Source of the DNA: Octopus sinensis | Lineage: Eukaryota | Length of the DNA stretch: 13,796 nucleotides | Assembly: GCF_006345805.1 (NCBI RefSeq) | Contig: NW_021826061.1 | Coordinates: forward strand, 1 to 13,796 | Direction: 5' to 3' | Notes under the pieces: generated by a model | The model's database searches: none | Seen by the model: the letters and a program-made list of their open reading frames with translations, nothing else | Told to the model about the DNA's origin: nothing | Shown: piece after piece, positions 8,436-13,796 of the stretch | Numbering within the stretch: position 1 is the first letter of the stretch | Layout: each line of letters begins with the position of its first letter | Made by a program: the position numbers and the translations under genes

Positions 8436-9181
8436 CTTATGTTTATTATTGTTTAGACATCTACTGTTACCATTAATATGCTGTAATATCTATCATTATC
8501 GACCCCACAGCTATCTTAATTATCTGTCTCTTACCCCGAACCCCTTTTCTCATTCCCCTCTCCCTTTATAACCCCCCCCACACACACAAAGATGGATACC
8601 GGAATTTGTGATATTACATTTAATTCTTTAGCTACGTTCGTTTCCACACTGCATGCAACGTATAATTTCTAAAATATAAATATGAATAGCAACGTAAACC
8701 AATTATCTGTATTACAATATATTAATGTTAACCCTGGCCATTTTCTCAGACAAAATTTCAAAAGTTTATATAATGGCGTAGGAGTGGCATCGTTATTTCA
8801 GCACTGACTGTCGGAAAACAAGTACTCAATACCACAGGAGAGACTAATTATGTTCTACTCTGATCGAATCTATGCACCCCTGCACAACTACGGGTGCTTA
8901 AATAAAAAAGAGTGAATAATCTGACCCTTGTTTCGATTCTAGAACCATCCTGAGAGAGCATATGCATCTCCTTAGGGCCAGGACTAAATATTTAGCTGGC
9001 AGCTATAAAAGCGCTCCAGACATTGTAGTCTTAAGGGAAAGGAAATCCTGATTGGCATAATACTTGTGTTGACGCAACTAACAGCCATTAATTATTGCAC
9101 TGAGAGTTGAATAGGTGAGATAAAGGATAAATAGGTATTTGTACGGAAAGAGAATAAAATTTAACTGTTGGTGTGTAAGTA

Positions 9182-9251
9182 GGGAGAGAGAGAGAGAGAG
9201 AGAAATAGAGAGAGAAGAGAGAGAGAAGAGAGAGAGAAAGAGAGAGAGAGA
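9182..9251. repeat. (GA)n microsatellite
   Basis: Interrupted GA run. Confidence 0.95.
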
Positions 9252-9321
9252 TGTAAACATATTTTCTTATGTATTTCTCTGTGGACAGACAATGAAAACA
9301 TCAGCTCCTTGATACACAATG

Positions 9322-9372
9322 ATGTATGTATGTGTGTATGTATATATGTGTGCATGTGTGTGTGTATGTATT
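9322..9372. repeat. (TATG)/(TG) microsatellite
   Basis: Direct reading of the tandem units. Confidence 0.9.
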
Positions 9373-9859
9373 TTCGTAGAACTTTCAATGGAGTTAAACT
9401 TTGAAACTAAATTACGAATTGTATTAACAAATAATAGATTAAAATTATTTAACATTTTAAGTCATTAGTTACTGCCGTTGGTAGCAGAGATGTTAAAATT
9501 CACTTTTCTTGTTGAGCGAAATAGTAATATGAACAGTTTTTCGGAGGAACAAAGACTGCAAATGTACGCTCCTCGTAAGCCGAGAGGCACGATATTCTAG
9601 ATAATTACTCTGGTTCAAGAACCTTCAAATGAAACAAGATAAGGAGACTGAACTTTCTCTCACCCATTGCTCGAAGAAGTGCACATAGATTATACAGCAC
9701 ACTGCATTACCACTCCCTATAAACCACTCCATATTGTGCATCATACTCCATCACTCATCATTTCGCACCGTATCACTCTTCGCCATAATAAATACCATAC
9801 CACACTAGAAGAAGGCACAACAAAAATACATTCCTACCATCTAAGCACGTTTTTATTCC

Positions 9860-10220
9860 TTCCTTATCTCAGATAGTTCCAATGCATTAAGGGAAATCAA
9901 AAGCCTGAAATAGTCTCAGGGATAGATGAAGTTATAAACCTGCTAAAGGCATGAATGAATCACTTGGATTACCAGAAACTATACTGACTTGTGATAACGC
10001 TGAACCTGAGAGCTGGTTTCAACAATAAACAATTGTAAATTATAACAAAATCTCAAGCGAAGGAACCTTACACAGACTCATCACACATTTTAGGTACACT
10101 CAGTCAAAAATTCTAGAAACTTCTTTCATTGACATCACTAATGTCTTTAACCTCGCACAACACTCTCCTCAAACTTGATGAACCAGGTGTGGGAAGGGAA
10201 TTCGTTTATTCACTGATCAC
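9860..10220 (+). pseudogene. Possible highly decayed non-LTR (RTE-like) reverse transcriptase N-terminal remnant
   Basis: Frame-hopping reading gives, in the expected order, NALREIKSLK, SGIDEVINLLKA (cf. K.PG.D.I..ELLK), PESW, TLSQ..*KLLS, KLDE and GIRLFTDH (cf. GFR..ST.DH). Needs several frameshifts; pattern recognition only. Confidence 0.35.
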
Positions 10221-10299
10221 TGGATAGTGTGCATCATACTCCATCTGATGATACTGGATAGTGCTTGTCACACGGGGCCAGTGGTAAGTGATATTTGAC

Positions 10300-10502
10300 T
10301 TTACACATAAACACACACATACATATATACACCACACACACACGCGCGCGCAGACACACACACACACACAAACACGTCTTGCATAAGTGTTTCACACTTG
10401 AAGAGAGAGAGAGAGAGAGAGAGAGGAGACAGAGAAAGGGAGAAAGAGAAGGAGAGAGAGAGAAAGGGAGAGAGAGAAGGGGAGAGGGAGAGAGGGAGAG
10501 AA
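10300..10502. repeat. (CA)n/(CG)n then (GA)n purine-rich microsatellite field
   Basis: CA/CG runs 10300-10370; GA/GGA runs 10401-10502. Confidence 0.93.
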
Positions 10503-10700
10503 AGAAAAAGTCAAACCAAACTCAGACTACCAGAGAAATGTCTGAGAGTGAGACGTTGTGCATGTGTTCGAATATGTTTGCACCTGCTTGCAGGTGTTGG
10601 TACGTGCGTGCATTTGTGCGTGTGTTTTTATGTGTGTGTGTGTGCTGTGAGTAAATGCAATATTTGTGTGACATATATTTAAGTAACCCACCCCACACAC

Positions 10701-10921
10701 AGGGGTGCTGAAGGGTAAGGTGGTGCAGCAAAGTTCCTGGCTTTGGGTAAAAGAAAGTAGAGGAGGATCAGTTGATTTTGCTTAACGTTTACCCCATCTC
10801 AGATTCCCCCACTTAATGCAGCGGTCCTTCAGTTTTTCTAAGCCCTGTAAAAGAACTCGGAAGATTGGGCCTCCAACCAAGCCTTTCGCGATACCCTTAA
10901 AGCTAGGAACTTGTCAATCCC
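10701..10921 (-). mobile_element. Mariner-derived MITE / internally deleted mariner (family distinct from 2985-4275)
   Basis: TIR cores AAGTTCCTGGCTTT (10731-10744) and AAAGCTAGGAACTT (10899-10912), 13/14 complementary, with GGGGTGCTGAA at 10702-10712. Minus strand reads AWLEAQSSEFF / QGLEKLKDRCIKWGNL across one frameshift, homologous to the C-terminus LEDQAGVFYKNGLQSRIKQWEKCVTL of the transposase at 3152-4202. Outer ends are eroded and no TA TSD is visible. Confidence 0.8.
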
Positions 10922-11029
10922 AAAGGCTGGTGTCTTTCTACTTTCTAAAAAGGTTCTTTACACTTTGAGAAAAACTCTTCTCTCCAAATATTATAACTGT
11001 ATCAAGGAATTTCCAAAACACTCCAAATT

Positions 11030-11045
11030 ATATTATATATTATAT

Positions 11046-11086
<41 letters not shown>

Positions 11087-11130
11087 CATACATATATATA
11101 TAATATAATATATAATATCTAATATATATC
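11030..11130. repeat. (TA)n microsatellite
   Basis: Interrupted TA run. Confidence 0.95.
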
Positions 11131-11382
11131 ATTACAGATAAAGGGTGAAATATAATTAATTTAATAAAATCAACAAATTTCACCTAGTAGTATATTCGGT
11201 ATGGAAAGTGACCATATTCGGTAAAAGTTCATTATAATTATAACAATAAGGGTCTTTGCAAAACAAGTTGCTTGACCACATACCGAAAATTTTAGAAATA
11301 GCAGCCAGAAGAATGCTACTTCCTTTACTACAAAAATATGTTCTCCACAGACAACAATATTTTGTAACTCACATATAGCAAA

Positions 11383-11388
<6 letters not shown>

Positions 11389-11416
<28 letters not shown>

Positions 11417-11462
11417 TTATATATATATATAATTACATAATATATATATTATAAATATATAT
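11389..11462. repeat. Poly(A) run followed by (TA)n
   Basis: A-run 11379-11400 merging into interrupted TA repeats. Confidence 0.9.
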
Positions 11463-11964
11463 TATCATAGTCCTCATTTCATCTAAATGTATATATCTGT
11501 CGTTACCTTTCATAAAAAGTCTTTTTTTTTTTTATTACAATGTGCATTTTCGTTGATTTTTCTTACTACCCCTCACTATATATATATTATATATATATAT
11601 ATATATTATATATATGTAGGTCCCGGTTGATACGGGGTTAACCACATAAGTAATACTATTATATATATATATATGTATATATATGTATATGTCAGCACGC
11701 ACACACACACTCACACATATATGTACCTTTACATATTTATGTAGGTGTATTTGTTTATTGTTTTTTCTTACAGTTTACATTCAGTGGGTCATTGCCATGC
11801 TGGAGCAAACACATACATTCACCCCCACACACACGCATGCACACACATATCTCTATATTTATATTCATTTGTAATATTCATATGTAAAAATGTATATATA
11901 TATATAATGGCTGTGTTTGTGACACCGTGTTGTGTGTTTTAAATTCGCATTATGTGTATTCATG

Positions 11965-12085
11965 ACTGTGTGTGAGTGGGTGTGTATATGTGCGTGTGCG
12001 CGAGCGTGTGTCTGTATGTGTCTGTGTGTGTGTGTGTGTGCGTTGGCTTGTGTATGTGTACCTGTGCGACTGTCTGCGAATGTGT
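11965..12085. repeat. (TG)n-rich microsatellite
   Basis: TG/TGTC/TGCG runs. Confidence 0.92.
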
Positions 12086-12469
12086 GTTGACATATTGGAA
12101 GTCTCTCAAAGCCACTTCCCAATAACATGATTTTTACCAAAGTTCACATCAACTCATTTGGAATCAGCAAAATTGAAGTCATATTTGATGAATGTATTCA
12201 TCGGTAGGTGGCGCTAGGTGGTGTTAGCTGGCGGCTGGGTAACGCCGAGATGGAAAGGTGTTAGGAGGCGGTGGGCGAGGTGCGCTGCTGTTCGGTGGTT
12301 CGGGGTGGCGCTAGGTGGTTGCTTGGTGCTGTATGGTGTTAGGTGGGGGCTGGGTGGTGCGAGGTGAGGGGGGTGGGGGTGTTGGTGGGTGGTGCTATTT
12401 TCTTGCAAGTATTCTTATAAAGGATAATGGCAAAATCTGAATATGGAGAATAGAGAGAAGAGGAAAAGA

Positions 12470-12623
12470 AAGAAGTGGTGATGGTGGTAGTCGTAGTCAT
12501 GATGGTGGTGATGTTGGTGTTGATGGTGGAGGCGGTGGCGATGATGATGGTGGCGGTGATTTATGATGGCGATGATGAGGGGCTAGTAATTGTGTTGTTG
12601 TTTGTGGTATTATTATTGTTGTA

Positions 12624-12677
<54 letters not shown>

Positions 12678-12930
12678 GTTGTTGTTGTTGTTGTTGTTGT
12701 TATCATTCTTCTTCTTCTTCTTCTTCTTATTATTATTATTATTATTAGTAGTAGTAGTAATGGGTAACGATGAAGGATGAAGTAGACGTAGCGGGTACTT
12801 TTTTAACAAGTGCCTCCACACCACCACCACCACCACCACTACCATTACTACTACTACTACCACCACCACCACCACCACCACCACCACCACCATTACTGTG
12901 AGCACCACCGAGAACAACAACAACATCAAC
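12470..12930. repeat. Compound trinucleotide array (GGT/GAT, TAT, TGT, TCT, TAT, TAG, then CAC/TAC, CAA)
   Basis: Successive pure triplet runs; source of poly-V/N/H/G ORFs. Confidence 0.96.
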
Positions 12931-13261
12931 ACATATCAACAAAACCATCCTCGATAATAATGACGATCGGTAAAACCATTTTACAGGAATCATTTCAATA
13001 TTTTCTCTGGTATCGAATTCATTGGAGTGAAACATTAGGTTAGGGAAACTGGCCACGGTTGAACGCCGCACAAAATTTCATCTAAAACTCCATTAACTTG
13101 GCCTCCAGTTGAAAGTAAGACGCCATTTCTGGCCGCTCAACAGATTGCGGTGGAGATAATGCGAGCCATTTTCCTTCTTATTAAATCTATCTTTCACTAA
13201 AGTTGGTAATGTGTCACGATTAGGTTTATTTCGTTGAAGCCATTGGTTAAGTGTGTTGGCA

Positions 13262-13345
13262 TAGAAAAGAAGAAGGAGAGGAAGAAGGAGGAGGAGGAGG
13301 AGAGGAGAAGGAGAAGAAGAGGTGTAGAAGAGCGAGAGTGAGACT
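13262..13345. repeat. (GAA)/(GAG) purine-rich tract
   Basis: Direct reading. Confidence 0.9.
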
Positions 13346-13399
13346 GGGACAGAGATAGGAGCTGAGGGGTAGACTTACAGAGTTACAGAGATAGCGTTA

Positions 13400-13556
13400 A
13401 GCGTGCGTGTGTATGAGTATATATATATATATATATACACATGTATATATATATGTATATATATATATATGTATATATATGCATATATATACATATGCCT
13501 ATATATACATATATACATAGTCATACATATATATAATCCACACACACACACATACA
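13400..13556. repeat. (TG)/(TA)/(CA) compound microsatellite
   Basis: Direct reading. Confidence 0.94.
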
Positions 13557-13796
13557 TTGTTGGGAGATAGTTATACAGATAGGGTTACATATGTATGGAT
13601 ATAAGTAGATAGATTTACAGATAGATCAGTAGGTAGGTAGATATCTATTCTTATTCCTTATTCTTTTCACAATAGTGATACAAGTAGGGAGATTGAAAGA
13701 TAGCGAGGGAGATAGACAGGTGTATATTTATTTAACTCTTACATCGAAAATGTAGAGAGCGACTTTCCTGTCCTCGTGACACTGTGTTCTACTTTG

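Noticed and set aside
8775-9030. Possible very old copy of the plus-strand SINE (GGCGTAGGAGTGGC start; scattered AAGTACT, TTGTTTCGA, GCTCCAG matches)
   Set aside because: Only short scattered matches to 5573-5974 with no B-box; cannot be supported without an alignment.
9735-10263. CRISPR-like repeat-spacer array
   Set aside because: Only two copies of each short repeat at irregular spacing, eukaryotic context, no cas genes.
10245-10290. CTGATGA hammerhead ribozyme core
   Set aside because: No stem II closed by GAAA and no stem III can be built.
12497-13071. Poly-N/K/V/G/H ORFs
   Set aside because: Translations of pure triplet microsatellites on both strands.

Overview
AT-rich, microsatellite-dense, repeat-derived eukaryotic DNA. 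The SINE family, the (TA)n-embedded Helitron-like element and the mariner/hAT miniature elements look like those of Octopus-type cephalopod genomes; this assignment is from recall of repeat families, not a search. No intact host protein-coding gene, RNA gene or CRISPR array is supportable, and most ORFs in the supplied track are simple-repeat artefacts. The window is a stack of transposon fossils: (1) a ~510 bp non-autonomous Helitron-like element in a (TA)n tract (878-1390); (2) a decayed, internally deleted CR1-group LINE ORF2 (~1609-4906) interrupted at a TA by (3) a full-length 1291 bp DD34D mariner (2985-4275) with a pseudogenised transposase; (4) a tRNA-derived SINE (5573-5974) abutting, and possibly nested in, an opposite-strand SINE; (5) a hAT MITE with a perfect 8 bp TSD (6546-7055) that carries a 242 bp insertion with a 13 bp duplication; (6) a probable RTE-like RT remnant (~9860-10220); (7) a mariner-derived MITE (10701-10921). 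Features these do not explain: a 125 bp fold-back unit (6011-6135), two paralogous ATG...AG|GTAAA mini-exon-like segments (6286-6323, 7104-7150), an 18 bp/11 bp interlocked duplication (9735-10263) and a G-rich tract with CTCF-like motifs (12201-12390). I found no convincing evidence for a novel biological system; the unusual items are offered as testable leads.
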